Part shown: piece after piece, positions 1-12,564 of the stretch
Layout: every line of letters begins with the position of its first letter
Numbering within the stretch: the stretch's first letter is position 1
Assembly (NCBI RefSeq): GCF_036971445.1
Contig: NC_091482.1
Span: 1,426,001-1,490,000 of the forward strand
Direction of reading: 5' to 3'
Origin: Narcine bancroftii
Taxonomy: Eukaryota
DNA: 64,000 nt
The notes under the pieces: model-generated
Databases searched by the model: none
Seen by the model: the letters and a program-made list of their open reading frames with translations, nothing else
Told to the model about the DNA's origin: nothing
Program-made: the position numbers and the translations under genes

Positions 1-3000
1 AGGGGGGGCTGTGGGGAGAAGGGGGGGCTGTGGGGAGAAGGGGGGGCTGTGGGGAGAAGGGGGGGCTGTGGGGAGAAGGGGGGGCTGTGGGGAGAAGGGG
101 GGGGCTGTGGGGAGAAGGGGGGCTGTGGGGAGAAGGGGGGGCTGTGGGGAGAAGGGGGGGCTGTGGGGAGAAGGGGGGGCTGTTGGGGAGAAGGGGGGGC
201 TGTGGGGAGAAGGGGGGGCTGTGGGGAGAAGGGGGGGCTGTGGGAGAAGGGGGGCTGTGGGGAGAAGGGGGGGCTGTGGGGACAAGGGGGGGCTGTGGGG
301 ACAAAGGGGGGCTGTGGGGACAAAGGGGGGCTGTGGGGACAAAGGGGGGCTGTGGGGACAAAGGGGGGCTGTGGGGACAAAGGGGGGCTGTGGGGACAAA
401 GGGGGCTGTGGGGACAAAGGGGGGCTGTGGGGACAAAGGGGGGCTGTTGGGGACAAAGGGGGGCTGTGGGGACAAAGGGGGGGCTGTGGGGACAAAGGGG
501 GGCTGTGGGGACAAAGGGGGGCTGTGGGACAAAGGGGGGCTGTGGGACAAAGGGGGCTGTGGGGACAAAGGGGGGCTGTGGGGACAAAGGGGGGCTGTGG
601 GGACAAAGGGGGGCTGTGGGGACAAAGGGGGGCTGTGGGGACAAAGGGGGGCTGTGGGGACAAAGGGGGGCTGTGGGGACAAAGGGGGGCTGTGGGACAA
701 AGGGGGGCTGTGGGGACAAAGGGGGGCTGTGGGGACAAAGGGGGGCTGTGGGGACAAAGGGGGGCTGTGGGGACAAAGGGGGGCTGTGGGGACAAAGGGG
801 GGCTGTGGGGACAAAGGGGGGGCTGTGGGGACAAGGGGGGCTGTGGGGACAAAGGGGGGCTGTGGGGACAAAGGGGGGCTGTGGGGACAAAGGGGGGCTG
901 TGGGGACAAAGGGGGGCTGTGGGGACAAAGGGGGGCTGTGGGGACAAAGGGGGGCTGTGGGGGACAAAGGGGGGCTGTGGGGACAAAGGGGGGCTGTGGG
1001 GACAAAGGGGGGCTGTGGGGACAAAGGGGGGCTGTGGGGACAAAGGGGGGCTGTGGGGACAAAGGGGGCTGTGGGGACAAAGGGGGGGCTGTGGGGACAA
1101 AGGGGGGCTGTGGGACAAAGGGGGGCTGTGGGGACAAAGGGGGGCTGTGGGGACAAAGGGGGGCTGTGGGGACAAAGGGGGGCTGTGGGGACAAAGGGGG
1201 GCTGTGGGGACAAAGGGGGGCTGTGGGGACAAAGGGGGGCTGTGGGGGACAAAGGGGGGCTGTGGGGACAAAGGGGGGCTGTGGGGACAAAGGGGGGCTG
1301 TGGGGACAAAGGGGGGCTGTGGGGACAAAGGGGGGCTGTGGGGACAAAGGGGGGCTGTGGGGACAAAGGGGGGCTGTGGGGACAAAGGGGGGCTGTGGGG
1401 ACAAAGGGGGGCTGTGGGGACAAAGGGGGCTGTGGGGACAAAGGGGGGCTGTGGGGACAAAGGGGGGCTGTGGGGACAAAGGGGGGCTGTGGGACAAAGG
1501 GGGGCTGTGGGGACAAAGGGGGGCTGTGGGACAAAGGGGGGCTGTGGGGACAAAGGGGGGCTGTGGGACAAAGGGGGGCTGTGGGGACAAAGGGGGGGCT
1601 GTGGGGACAAAGGGGGGCTGTGGGACAAAGGGGGGCTGTGGGGACAAAGGGGGGCTGTGGGGACAAAGGGGGGCTGTGGGGACAAAGGGGGGCTGTGGGA
1701 CAAAGGGGGGCTGTGGGGACAAAGGGGGGCTGTGGGACAAAGGGGGGGCTGTGGGGACAAAGGGGGGCTGTGGGACAAAGGGGGCTGTGGGGACAAAGGG
1801 GGCTGTGGGGACAAAGGGGGGCTGTGGGGACAAAGGGGGGGCTGTGGGGACAAAGGGGGGCTGTGGGGACAAAGGGGGGCTGTGGGGACAAAGGGGGGCT
1901 GTGGGGACAAAGGGGGGCTGTGGGGACAAAGGGGGGCTGTGGGGAGAAAGGGGGGCTGTGGGGAGAAGGGGGGGCTGTGGGGAGAAGGGGGGGCTGTGGG
2001 GAGAAGGGGGGGCTGTGGGGAGAAGGGGGGGCTGTGGGGAGAAGGGGGGGCTGTGGGAGAAGGGGGGGCTGTGGGGAGAAGGGGGGGCTGTGGGGAGAAG
2101 GGGGGGCTGTGGGGAGAAGGGGGGGCTGTGGGGAGAAGGGGGGCTGTGGGGAGAAGGGGGGGCTGTGGGGAGAAGGGGGGGGCTGTGGGGAGAAGGGGGG
2201 GCTGTGGGGAGAAGGGGGGGCTGTGGGGAGAAGGGGGGGGCTGTGGGGACAAGGGGGGGCTGTGGGGACAAAGGGGGGCTGTGGGGACAAAGGGGGGCTG
2301 TGGGGACAAAGGGGGGCTGTGGGGACAAAGGGGGGCTGTGGGGACAAAGGGGGGCTGTGGGGACAAAGGGGGGCTGTGGGGACAAAGGGGGGCTGTGGGG
2401 ACAAAGGGGGGCTGTGGGACAAAGGGGGGCTGTGGGACAAAGGGGGGCTGTGGGGACAAAGGGGGGCTGTGGGGACAAAGGGGGGCTGTGGGACAAAGGG
2501 GGGCTGTGGGGACAAAGGGGGGCTGTGGGGACAAAGGGGGGGCTGTGGGGACAAAGGGGGGCTGTGGGGACAAAGGGGGGCTGTGGGGACAAAGGGGGGC
2601 TGTGGGGACAAAGGGGGCTGTGGGGACAAAGGGGGGCTGTGGGGACAAAGGGGGGCTGTGGGGACAAAGGGGGGCTGTGGGGACAAAGGGGGGCTGTGGG
2701 GACAAAGGGGGGCTGTGGGGACAAAGGGGGGCTGTGGGACAAAGGGGGGCTGTGGGGACAAAGGGGGGCTGTGGGGACAAAGGGGGGCTGTGGGGACAAA
2801 GGGGGGCTGTGGGGACAAAGGGGGGCTGTGGGGACAAAGGGGGGCTGTGGGGACAAAGGGGGGCTGTGGGGACAAAGGGGGGCTGTGGGGACAAAGGGGG
2901 GCTGTGGGACAAAGGGGGGCTGTGGGGACAAAGGGGGGCTGTGGGGACAAAGGGGGGCTGTGGGGACAAAGGGGGGCTGTGGGGACAAAGGGGGGCTGTG

Positions 3001-3830
3001 GGACAAAGGGGGGCTGTGGGGACAAAGGGGGGCTGTGGGGACAAAGGGGGGCTGTGGGGACAAAGGGGGGCTGTGGGGACAAAGGGGGGCTGTGGGGACA
3101 AAGGGGGGCTGTGGGGACAAAGGGGGGCTGTGGGGACAAAGGGGGGCTGTGGGGACAAAGGGGGGCTGTGGGGACAAAGGGGGGCTGTGGGGACAAAGGG
3201 GGGCTGTGGGGACAAAGGGGGCTGTGGGGACAAAGGGGGGCTGTGGGGACAAAGGGGGGCTGTGGGACAAAGGGGGGCTGTGGGGACAAAGGGGGGCTGT
3301 GGGGACAAAGGGGGGCTGTGGGGACACAAAGGGGGGCTGTGGGGACAAAGGGGGGCTGTGGGGACAAAGGGGGGCTGTGGGGACAAAGGGGGGCTGTGGG
3401 GACAAAGGGGGGCTGTGGGGACAAAGGGGGGCTGTGGGGACAAAGGGGGGCTGTGGGGACAAAGGGGGGCTGTGGGGACAAAGGGGGGCTGTGGGGACAA
3501 AGGGGGGCTGTGGGGACAAAGGGGGGCTGTGGGGACAAAGGGGGGCTGTGGGGACAAAGGGGGGCTGTGGGGACAAAGGGGGGCTGTGGGGACAAAGGGG
3601 GGCTGTGGGGACAAAGGGGGGCTGTGGGGACAAAGGGGGGCTGTGGGGACAAAGGGGGGCTGTGGGGACAAAGGGGGGCTGTGGGGACAAAGGGGGGCTG
3701 TGGGGACAAAGGGGGGCTGTGGGGACAAAGGGGGGCTGTGGGGAGAAAGGGGGGCTGTGGGGAGAAAGGGGGGCTGTGGGGAGAAAGGGGGGCTGTGGGG
3801 AGAAAGGGGGGCTGTGGGGAGCCAGGGGGC
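1..3830. repeat. G-rich 19-bp minisatellite (GGGGGCTGTGGGGACAAAG / ...GAGAAG), ~200 units, runs off window start
   Basis: Direct tandem periodicity; explains the three stop-free 1267-1310 aa ORFs. Confidence 0.97.
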
Positions 3831-4061
3831 TGAGGCTGGCGAATGGGTGTCAGGGATAGGTGTTGGGAGAGCAAGGGATCAGGACAGCCAGGGTTTAGAA
3901 GTTTTGGGTGGAGGGGGAGCAACTGGGGTATCCGGGAGGAGCTGGTTGAGGGGTGGAGAACCTCGCCAGGGCAGGAGGTGAATCGTGGGACCGGGATGGG
4001 GGTGTAAACCAGGGGACTGGGGAGGGAGCCAGGGTTGTGGGGAAGCCGGAGGTGGAGGGGA

Positions 4062-4762
4062 GGGGAGGGGACCGGGGGCGGAGGGGAGGGGGTCGGGGCC
4101 CCGGGGGCGGAGGGGAGGGGGGTCGGGGCCCCGGGGCGGAGGGGAGGGGGTCGGGGGGCCCCGGGGGCGGAGGGAGGGGGGGTCGGGGCCCCGGGGGCGG
4201 AGGGAGGGGGTCGGGGCCCGGGGGCGGAGGGGAGGGGGTCGGGGCCCCGGGGGCGGAGGGGAGGGGGTCGGGGCCCCGGGGGCGGAGGGGAGGGGGGTCG
4301 GGGCTCCGGGGGCGGAGGGGAGGGGGTCGGGGCCCCGGGGGCGGAGGGAGGGGGGGTCGGGGCCCCGGGGGCGGAGGGGAGGGGGTCGGGGCCCCGGGGG
4401 CGGAGGGGGAGGGGGGTCGGGGCCCCGGGGGCGGAGGGGAGGGGGTCGGGGCCCCGGGGGCGGAGGGGAGGGGGGTCGGGGCCCCGGGGGCGGAGGGGAG
4501 GGGGGGTCGGGGCCCCGGGGGCGGAGGGGAGGGGGTCGGGGGCCCCGGGGTGGCGGAGGGGAGGGGGTCGGGGCCCCGGGGGCGGAGGGGAGGGGGTCGG
4601 GGCCCCGGGGGCGGAGGGGAGGGGGTCGGGGCCCCGGGGGCGGAGGGGAGGGGGTCGGGGCCCCGGGGGCGGAGGGGGAGGGGGTCGGGGCCCCGGGGCG
4701 GAGGGGAGGGGGTCGGGGCCCCGGGGGCGGAGGGGAGGGGGTCGGGGCCCCGGGGGAGGGGA
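4062..4762. repeat. CpG-rich ~32-33-bp minisatellite (GGGGCGGAGGGGAGGGGGTCGGGGCCCC), ~21 units
   Basis: Direct tandem periodicity; each unit has a GC-box-like GGGGCGGAG. Confidence 0.93.
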
Positions 4763-5030
4763 GAGGGTCGAGGCCCGGCCCGCCTCCCCACCTCTGCTCG
4801 CGCGCTCCACGGCGCCTTTGCTGCGGTGCCGCCCGGCCTTGTGCGTCTTCCTGGGCTGTTTAAAAGGCGCCGGGCCTGTGCGGCTCCTGCCTCGCCATCC
4901 CTCAGCAGCAGCCCGAGTGCTCTGCGCCGCGTGGGTGCTTGGGATAGCGGAGGACCGGATGCTTGGGATAGCGGAGGACCGGATGCTTGGGATAGCGGAG
5001 GACCGGGCGGTTTCTCCCGTCCACACCCTC
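4760..5030. promoter_or_regulatory. CpG-island-like putative promoter / first exon region
   Basis: High CpG density, TTTAAAAG at ~4859, adjacent GC-box array, minus-strand donor-like CAGAG|GTGGGG at ~4790, 3x24-bp repeat GCTTGGGATAGCGGAGGACCGGAT at ~4937-5005. Confidence 0.4.
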
Positions 5031-5511
5031 TGGGGGCTTTGCTCAGACAGATTGCTCCTTGCCTGGCGATATGGGGCATGATGCCCGTCCCCACCTCCCC
5101 CAGTGCAGGACCCTTGGTCTGCAGCTCCCTCCCTCCCGAGGATCATTGCCACGTTGCCTGGGTCATTTGCTGTGTTGTCCGGGTCTTTTTCCATGTTCCC
5201 CGGGGGCATTGCCGTGTTCCCGGGGCCGTGACATTTTGTCGGGGCATGGCACAACCTGACCTGCTGGCAGTTTCCAGCATTTCCCAAGTTTATGGGAACC
5301 TCAAATGGGCCAGGAGGTGTGTTAGTGGGTGGGTTGGGAGAGAATGCTGGGGGCAAGGGGCCCCTGTGTGATCCCAATGCATGGACATGAGTCCATCATC
5401 CCCTGTAGGAAGATGGAGTGGTTTCTCCTGAGTAGGAGGGACCTGCTATAGCAATTACAGCCTAGTTCAGGCCCTTCAGCCCACAATGATGTGCCAGCCC
5501 ATGTAAACCTA

Positions 5512-6516
5512 TTCTTCTTCAATCTTCTTTCTTTCTTTGGCTTGGCTTCGCGGACGAAGATTTATGGAGGGGGTAAAAAGTCCACGTCAGCTGCAGGCTC
5601 GTTTGTGGCTGACAAGTCCGATGCAGGACAGGCAGACACGATTGCAGCGGTTGCAAGGGAAAATTGGTTGGTTGGGGTTGGGTGTTGGGTTTTTCCTCCT
5701 TTGCCTTTTGTCAGTGAGGTGGGCTCTGCGGTCTTTCTTCAAAGGAGGCTGCTGCCCGCCAAACTGTGAGGCGCCAAGATGCACGGTTTGAGGCGTTATC
5801 AGCCCACTGGCGGTGGTCAATGTGGCAGGCACCAAGAGATTTCTTTAGGCAGTCCTTGTACCTTTTCTTTGGTGCACCTCTGTCACGGTGGCCAGTGGAG
5901 AGCTCGCCATATAATACGATCTTGGGAAGGCGATGGTCCTCCATTCTGGAGACGTGACCCATCCAGCGCAGCTGGATCTTCAGCAGCGTGGACTCGATGC
6001 TGTCGACCTCTGCCATCTCGAGTACCTCGACGTTAGGGGTGTGAGCGCTCCAATGGATGTTGAGGATGGAGCGGAGACAACGCTGGTGGAAGCGTTCTAG
6101 GAGCCGTAGGTGGTGCCGGTAGAGGACCCATGATTCGGAGCCGAACAGGAGTGTGGGTATGACAACGGCTCTGTATACGCTTATCTTTGTGAGGTTTTTC
6201 AGTTGGTTGTTTTTCCAGACTCTTTTGTGTAGTCTTCCAAAGGCGCTATTTGCCTTGGCGAGTCTGTTGTCTATCTCATTGTCGATCCTTGCATCTGATG
6301 AAATGGTGCAGCCGAGATAGGTAAACTGGTTGACCGTTTTGAGTTTTGTGTGCCCGATGGAGATGTGGGGGGGCTGGTAGTCATGGTGGGGAGCTGGCTG
6401 ATGGAGGACCTCAGTTTTCTTCAGCTGACTTCCAGGCCAAACATTTTGGCAGTTTCCGCAAAACAGGACGTCAAGCGCTGAAGAGCTGCTCTGAATGGGC
6501 AACTAAAGCGGCATCG
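5512..6516 (-). mobile_element. 5'-truncated RTE-clade LINE (3' RT/C-terminal region plus tail)
   Basis: KTEVLHQP...FTYLGCTISSDARIDNEIDNRLAKANSAFGRL, C-terminal CxxC...HxxxC, simple-repeat tail; near-identical to 62010-62990. Confidence 0.9.
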
Positions 6517-6547
6517 ACCCCATCTCACACCCATCACCCTCCAATTT

Positions 6548-6962
6548 GCATTCTTCTACAGGTGAACTGTGGAGAGCATTCTGTCTGGTTGCATCACTGC
6601 CCTGGTATGGAGGTGTCAACACACAGGTCAGGAACTCGACCACTCTTTACTCCATTGAGGACATCTACAAGAGATGGTTCCTCAAGTAAGCAGCTTCTAT
6701 CCTCAAGGACCCCCCACCACCCATGCCATGCCCCCTTCACTCTGCTACCATCAGCAAAAAAGGTACAGGAGCCTAAAGATGAGCACCAGTGGTGCTTCCC
6801 CACTGCCATCAGATTCCTGAATAATCAATGAACCAGTCTTTGACTTTTTTACACTATTTATTTTTAAATTTTGTATATACAGAATTGTTATTTATAGTAA
6901 TTTTGCACCTTGTTCTGCCACAGAACAGCATGTTTCATGACAATAAACCTGATTTTGATTGC
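6548..6962 (+). mobile_element. Rex1/Babar-like LINE 3' fragment
   Basis: VESILSGCI..WYG / FTLLPS..R / FPTAIRFLN remnants; same family as 50856-51607. Confidence 0.7.
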
Positions 6963-7129
6963 AGTAAAAACAGAGATGTTGGAGAAACTTGGCCGGTCTC
7001 GCAGTACCACAGGAGGGAAAGATAATGTTTCTAACCATGTTTCAGGCCTGAGCCCTGCAGGTAGTCACCTGCCTTCCCTGTACAGTTGGGCATCAGTGGA
7101 CAACAACCAACAATTTGAGGAATGCAGAG

Positions 7130-8155
7130 GCCACTTGGCCCATCATGTTGAGGCCAACTGTGCATGAGCATTTGATGGCTCAGAATTTGGATGAATGAGG
7201 GGTAACCTCATGGAAGCATTTTTAATGGCTAGAGTAGACGTGATATAAAGTTGTTTCCCATGGTTGGGGGGGGGGGGTCCAGGACAAGAAGGCACAAGTT
7301 CAGGATTTAAAACAGAGATGCGGAGGAATTTCTTCAGCCAGAGAGCAGTCAACTGCTGTATAGGAGCTGGGAAGTAATGCTGTGACTTTTTAAGGCATTG
7401 GTGAGGCCAGGTTTGGAGTATTGTGTTCAGTTCTGGTCTCCAAATTATAGGAAGGATATAAAGGTGGAGAGGGTCCAGAGAAGATTTACAAGGTTGTTGC
7501 CTGGCTTAAAATACCTAGAGTACTGAGAAAAATTGAAGAAGTTAGGACTTTATTCACTGGAACATAGACAGTTGAGAGGGGATTTGATAAAGGTGTTTAA
7601 AATTATGAAGGGAATAGATAGACTAGATGCAAGTAGACTCTTCCCCTTGAGAGAAGGGGAGGTTGAAACAAGAGGACACAAGTTGAGGGTAAGGGGGAAA
7701 ATTTTAGGAGAAACATGAGAGGATGCTTCTTCACTCAGAGAGTGGTGGCTGAATGGAATAATCTTCCGGAGGAAATAGTTGAGGGAGAGTCAATTCTTTC
7801 ATTTAAGAAGAGGCTGGATTCTGTACATGGATAGGAGGGGGTTGGAGGGTTATGGGCAGAGAATAGGTGGGGGGATCTAGCAGAGTTGTTTGAGTGAACC
7901 GGCGTGGACTTGAAGGGCCGAGATGACCTGCTTCCGTGCCATAAACTGTTATATGGTTATATGGAATTTACTGCGGTTGTGGAGGCCAGGTCGATGGGTG
8001 TATTTAAGGCAGAGATGTAGGTATTTGAATAGTCAGGGTATCAAAGGTTATGGGGAGAAGGCAGGGCATTGGGGCTGAGTGGGAGAATGGATCAGCTCAG
8101 CATGGGATGTCAGGGCAGACTCGATGAGCTGAATGGCCTATATCATATGGTCTTA
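7130..8155 (+). mobile_element. CR1 LINE 3' fragment interrupted by a second CR1 (~7356-7965, tail TTATATGG x2)
   Basis: LGLYSLEHRQLRGDLIKVFKIMKG; the outer element resumes in register with the CR1 at 58620-58855. Confidence 0.8.
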
Positions 8156-8968
8156 TGCCTGATCCCTTCTTGCAGCACTGCACCCACAAGCCACAGCTCA
8201 AAGCTTTGCAACAGGTCAAGAGCCTCGCAGTCGGTAACATAGGTTCAATCTTGACCTCGTGCCCTGTCTGTGTGGATTCTTCATGCTCTCCCAGAGACCA
8301 CTTGAGTTCTTCTGACATGTGTGGGATGGGCAGGGCAACCTGTCCATTAGGCCATGGAGGTGTAAGTGGCTGAGGAAAGGGTAGGAAGGGAAGTTGGGGG
8401 TCATATAAAGGACCATTGCAGGAGTGGGTAATGGTTTCAATGGCATTTGAAACCAGAATGGGCCAAGAGGTCTCCTTCTATGCTGGAATAAGTAAAGAAG
8501 AGAGTCTGATCACATCACTGTCAAAAACATTTGTTGAGAAGTGTCACTATGCAAATGAAGGTCCTTTTGACAACAGTCACATCAACATCAGCAAGGCATG
8601 AAGATAAAGGGGTCAGATTCAGGATTAATTCCATATTGTTGCCAACCTTCGACACTCAGCCCATTCAGAACCAATGGTGTCGGCTGCTACCCCCACAGCT
8701 CAATGTCCAACCATGTCACCACTCCCTCTGACCTGCCCAGCTACATCAGTGACTGCGTTTCAGCACAGGATCATTCATAGCCAGCCACCTCCCACTGCAA
8801 GCCTCCCTGTCCATGGATGCTGCCAAACCCAGGGTCACAGTTCAAAGTCATGGTCACTCACAGGGTCACAATTCGCCTGGAGCAGGCAAAGGCCATCATG
8901 TAGCAGTTTGTGGTTCAATGCAGTCCCTTCCAGCACAGTGTCCCCACCACAGGCAGAGGATATGCACG

Positions 8969-9145
8969 TCAGAGCAGGGATGTCAAAGAGCCACCCACTC
9001 TAGGAGCATCACCCCTGGGGCAATTCACACGGACCATCCAGTCCCGCATGTAGGTCTCCTCCTGACAGGGAATGGATTGGCTCCATGGAGGCGAGCATCC
9101 CAGCGGCACGTTGGGCTCAAAGCAATCCTCAATCTTCACGTAATC
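8969..9145 (-). CDS. RTK-like last exon (DYVKIEDCFEP...TSLL*)
   Basis: ctctaccttcag acceptor, phase 0 matching the upstream exon, TGA stop. Confidence 0.6.
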   Translation of the reverse strand, partial: DYVKIEDCFEPNVPLGCSPPWSQSIPCQEETYMRDWMVRVNCPRGDAPRVGGSLTSLL

Positions 9146-9479
9146 CTGAAGGTAGAGGCATTGCAATATCAGTAAGGGCACTCCGAGGGCTGTCGCCAAG
9201 ATTGAGATCGAGGACCATGGCAAAGGGCCGTCACCATGGTCTGTTACTAAAGGCAAATGCCAAATACGTAATCTCTCAGGGGTTGAGGGGACGACTCAAC
9301 CAGGATACAGACCCTGAGGGGGTGACTCTCCCTGGGGTATAGACCCTGAAGGGGTGACTCTCCCTGGGGTACAGACCCTGAGGGGCCCATCAAGCATATA
9401 CAGTCCATCAACCGAGTGGGAACATTGACCATCCAAGGTCCGTGCCCCTCATGGTCTCGTCCACCTCTCACCCACTCAC

Positions 9480-9579
9480 CGCATCATTTTCCACCACATC
9501 CTCCAGATACCTGGCGATGTCACTGAACACTGGCCGCTCCTCGCTCCTGCTTGTCCAGCAGAACTCCATCACCTCGTAC
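9480..9579 (-). CDS. RTK-like exon, subdomain XI (YEVMEFCWTSRSEERPVFSDIARYLEDVVENDA)
   Basis: cag/gtgagt boundaries; CW....RP.F motif. Confidence 0.9.
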
Positions 9580-10135
9580 CTGGACACAGAGGGAAACCTT
9601 TGCTGACTCATGTTGTGGTTCTGGCCCTACCTTGCCTCGCCATCCCAGGGCACCAGGCTGCAGGCGAGTGGATGCAGAACCCTCCTTCCAAAAGGGAGAG
9701 GCTGGTCCTCGCCTTCCCGAGGCTTGTCACCCCCTGTATGGGGGGGAGGAGGGGCTTGACAGGGTGATGAGGGAAGTGGAAGGGGGAGAGAGGAGGACAG
9801 AGGGAAGAGAGAGGTGAGGGAGAGAAGAGAGAGTGAAGGGGAGAAGCAAGGAAGAGGGAGGGAGGGAATGGAGGGAGGGAGGAGGAGTAAGCGGGGATGA
9901 AAGGGGATGAGGGGGAGATGAGGAGGAAGGGGAAGGTGAGGAGGGGGATGAGGGAGGAGGGGGATGAGGGAGGGGATTGAGGGAGGAGGGGGATGAGGGA
10001 GGGGATTGAGGGAGGAGGGGGATGAGGGAGGGGAAGATGGAGGAAAGGGAGGAGGAGGGAGGGGGATGAGGAGGGGAGATGAAGAGGGAGGGGGATGAGG
10101 AGGGGGAGAGAAGGTCATCGAGGGAGGGTACGTAC

Positions 10136-10235
10136 ATCTCCCGTCGGCACATCAGTGGTGCCGCCATTTTGTATCCAGAGCAGATGTTGATCACCACCTC
10201 CTTTGCTGTTTCAAATCCGGGGTAAGGGGAAGTCC
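10136..10235 (-). CDS. RTK-like exon, subdomain X (GTSPYPGFETAKEVVINICSGYKMAAPLMCRREM)
   Basis: G..PYPG...GY.M..P..C motif; phases 1->2. Confidence 0.9.
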
Positions 10236-10725
10236 CTGTGAGATGAAGGCCCTAGGTCAGTGTGTCAGCAGGAAACTGGCAGAGCATGGGAAGAGGGGCT
10301 CAACTGCTCGAGGGGGTCTTCCTCTGGACCAGACGCAGGGGGCAGGGGGGGGACACTGCCCATGGACCGGTAACAGGCCTGGGGGAGGCGGGGGGTAACA
10401 TTCCTTCTGGACTGGACACAGGGCCTGAGGTAATGCAAGGGAACACTGTTCCTGCATCGGGGACAGATTCTGGCACAGAGTAACGGTCCTCTCTTAATCC
10501 CCAGCCATCTCGACTCCATTCCCGGCAGCCCATGGCGAGGGTTGGTGAGGCTGCAGAATCTGTATTTGGGAGTGTGGTGGGTCAGGACGTAGAACTGTAT
10601 CGACACGGAGAGAAGTTGGCGTTAGCGTTGTGGAGGGGAAGAGTTAGAGTAAAGGAGATGTGAGCAGTGGAGGAGGGGGCAAGTTCGATATCCAGGAACT
10701 GATGAGGAGTAAGCTTATCTCTTAC

Positions 10726-10840
10726 CCAAACTATGCAACTCCCACAACAGAATGCCAAATGCCCAGACGTCTCCCTGAAGATCATAAATCCCGTCGGTGA
10801 AGTACTCTGGGGGATACCAGCGGAACGGGATGCAGGAATT
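10726..10840 (-). CDS. RTK-like exon, subdomains VIII-IX (NSCIPFRWYPPEYFTDGIYDLQGDVWAFGILLWELHSLG)
   Basis: P.RW..PE and DVW.FGILLWE tyrosine-kinase motifs; tag/gtaag; not in the ORF track in this frame. Confidence 0.92.
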
Positions 10841-10877
10841 CTAAACAAAAATCCAACATTCAAAACCGTAGAATTCA

Positions 10878-11446
10878 TGTCTGTCCCTGTGTAACACCGG
10901 GGTACAGTACTGGTGGGGGACAGGTCTGTCCCTGTGTAACACCAGGGTACAGTACTGGTGGGGACAGGTCTGTCCCTGTGTAACACCGGGGTACAGTACT
11001 GGTGGGGACAGGTCTGTCCCTGTGTAACACCGGGGTACAGAACTGGTGGGGAGGGGTCTGTCCCTGTGTAACACCACGGTACAGTACTGGTGGGGACAGG
11101 TCTGTCCCTGTGTAACACCGGGGTACAGTACTGGTGGGGAGGGGTCTGTCCCTGTGTAACACCAGGGTACAGTACTGGTGGGGACAGGTCTGTCACTGTG
11201 TAACACCAGGGTACAGTACTGGTGGGGACAGGTCTGTCACTGTGTAACACCGGGGTACAGTCCTGGTGGGGAGGGGTCTGTCCCTGTGTAACTCCGGGGT
11301 ACAGTACTGGTGGGGAGGGGTCTGTCACTGTGTAACACCAGGGTACAGTACTGGTGGGGACAGGTCTGTCCCTGTGTAACACCAGGGTACAGTACTGGTG
11401 GGGACAGGTCTGTCCCTGTGTAACACCGGGGTACAGTACTGGTGGG
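10878..11446. repeat. 44-bp minisatellite (GTCTGTCCCTGTGTAACACCGGGGTACAGTACTGGTGGGGACAG), ~13 units, intronic
   Basis: Direct periodicity. Confidence 0.93.
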
Positions 11447-11509
11447 GTGGGATCTCTGTGGGGGCCCTTTGCTTTGTCCCCAGCAGACTGATGTTGCCGT
11501 GTTACTCAC

Positions 11510-11641
11510 CCTACTCCCTCTCATCTGTTTCTTTGCCCCAGAAACAGAGATGTCGACGGCCATGCTGAATTCGGCAATTTTACACTCCTGGGGAAAGCGG
11601 CCAACCAGGATATTCCGTGCGGCCAGGTCCCGGTGAACAAT
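11510..11641 (-). CDS. RTK-like exon, subdomains VIb-VII (IVHRDLAARNILVGRFPQECKIAEFSMAVDISVSGAKKQMRGSR)
   Basis: HRDLAARN catalytic loop; 132 bp, phase 0-0; cag/gtgagt. Confidence 0.93.
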
Positions 11642-12120
11642 CTGAAAACAAAGGCAGAATCAATTATCTGACTCCTCCCCACCGAAGCCGCATTAGGTCC
11701 ATCCAAGCCAATCCATGCTGAGCCGGGCCACCCTGGGCCAATCTTTGCCGAGCCAAGCTAAACTGGACAAGTTAAGCTCTACCAGGCCAATGGTTGCACA
11801 TATTCAGCCATGGCCACGAGGCTGTGTCCACAACTCACCCCAGCGCCATGCTGTACCCTGCCATGCCATTCTGAGCTATACCATACTGTTCCTTCCGTCC
11901 CATTCCCAGCCATACTGCACTGTACTACTCTGAGCTATAACATGCTGTACCTGCCCCTTGGGTGCAGTACCATTCCAAGCCATATCGTGCCATTCTATTC
12001 TGAACTGTTCCATGCTATTTTCAGCCCTACCCTGCCGTACCATTTTGACCCATCCCATGCTGTTTCCTGTCGTGCTATACCCTGCTGTGTCACATCTAGC
12101 CCCTCTGCGCTATCCATTAC

Positions 12121-12281
12121 CTTCCTGGAGGCAATGTGTTCCATGCCCAGGGAGATGAAGTATCCAGCCGATGTCAACTTTGATTGCAGTTCCCTGCAGC
12201 CCGACAGCTGAGACCTGTTGCTCTGCAGAAAGCTCTTCAGGTTGTGCCTTCCAACGTGCTCCATGATCAGGATGTAGGGCT
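12121..12281 (-). CDS. RTK-like exon, subdomains V-VIa (EPYILIMEHVGRHNLKSFLQ...GMEHIASRK)
   Basis: P...IME / GM.H.AS.K motifs; phases 1->0. Confidence 0.92.
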
Positions 12282-12564
12282 CTGCAGAACAGCCCAAGGA
12301 CAGGGTCACCAGGTCAGCCACTGATGGACAATCAACTCCTCAGCCTGGCCGATCATTCAGGGAGATCCTGGCTGACCAGTCCAGCCCCACTGCTCTCTCC
12401 TCCCTCCCCATCCCCCATCACCCATGAGGATTCCGTGACACCTTCTTCTCTGCCCCCCCCCCCCCCAACCCGGGATGTGTGGAAACCAGACACAAGACAT
12501 GAGTGTGTGGACGTTGTCCAGATCTGCCTGCAGTATTTGGTTCATGCAGTCTGCAGAGAACAGG

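Noticed and set aside
11-5371. Very long Gly-rich or collagen-like ORFs
   Set aside because: Open in several frames because the tandem units lack stops; no splice or homology support
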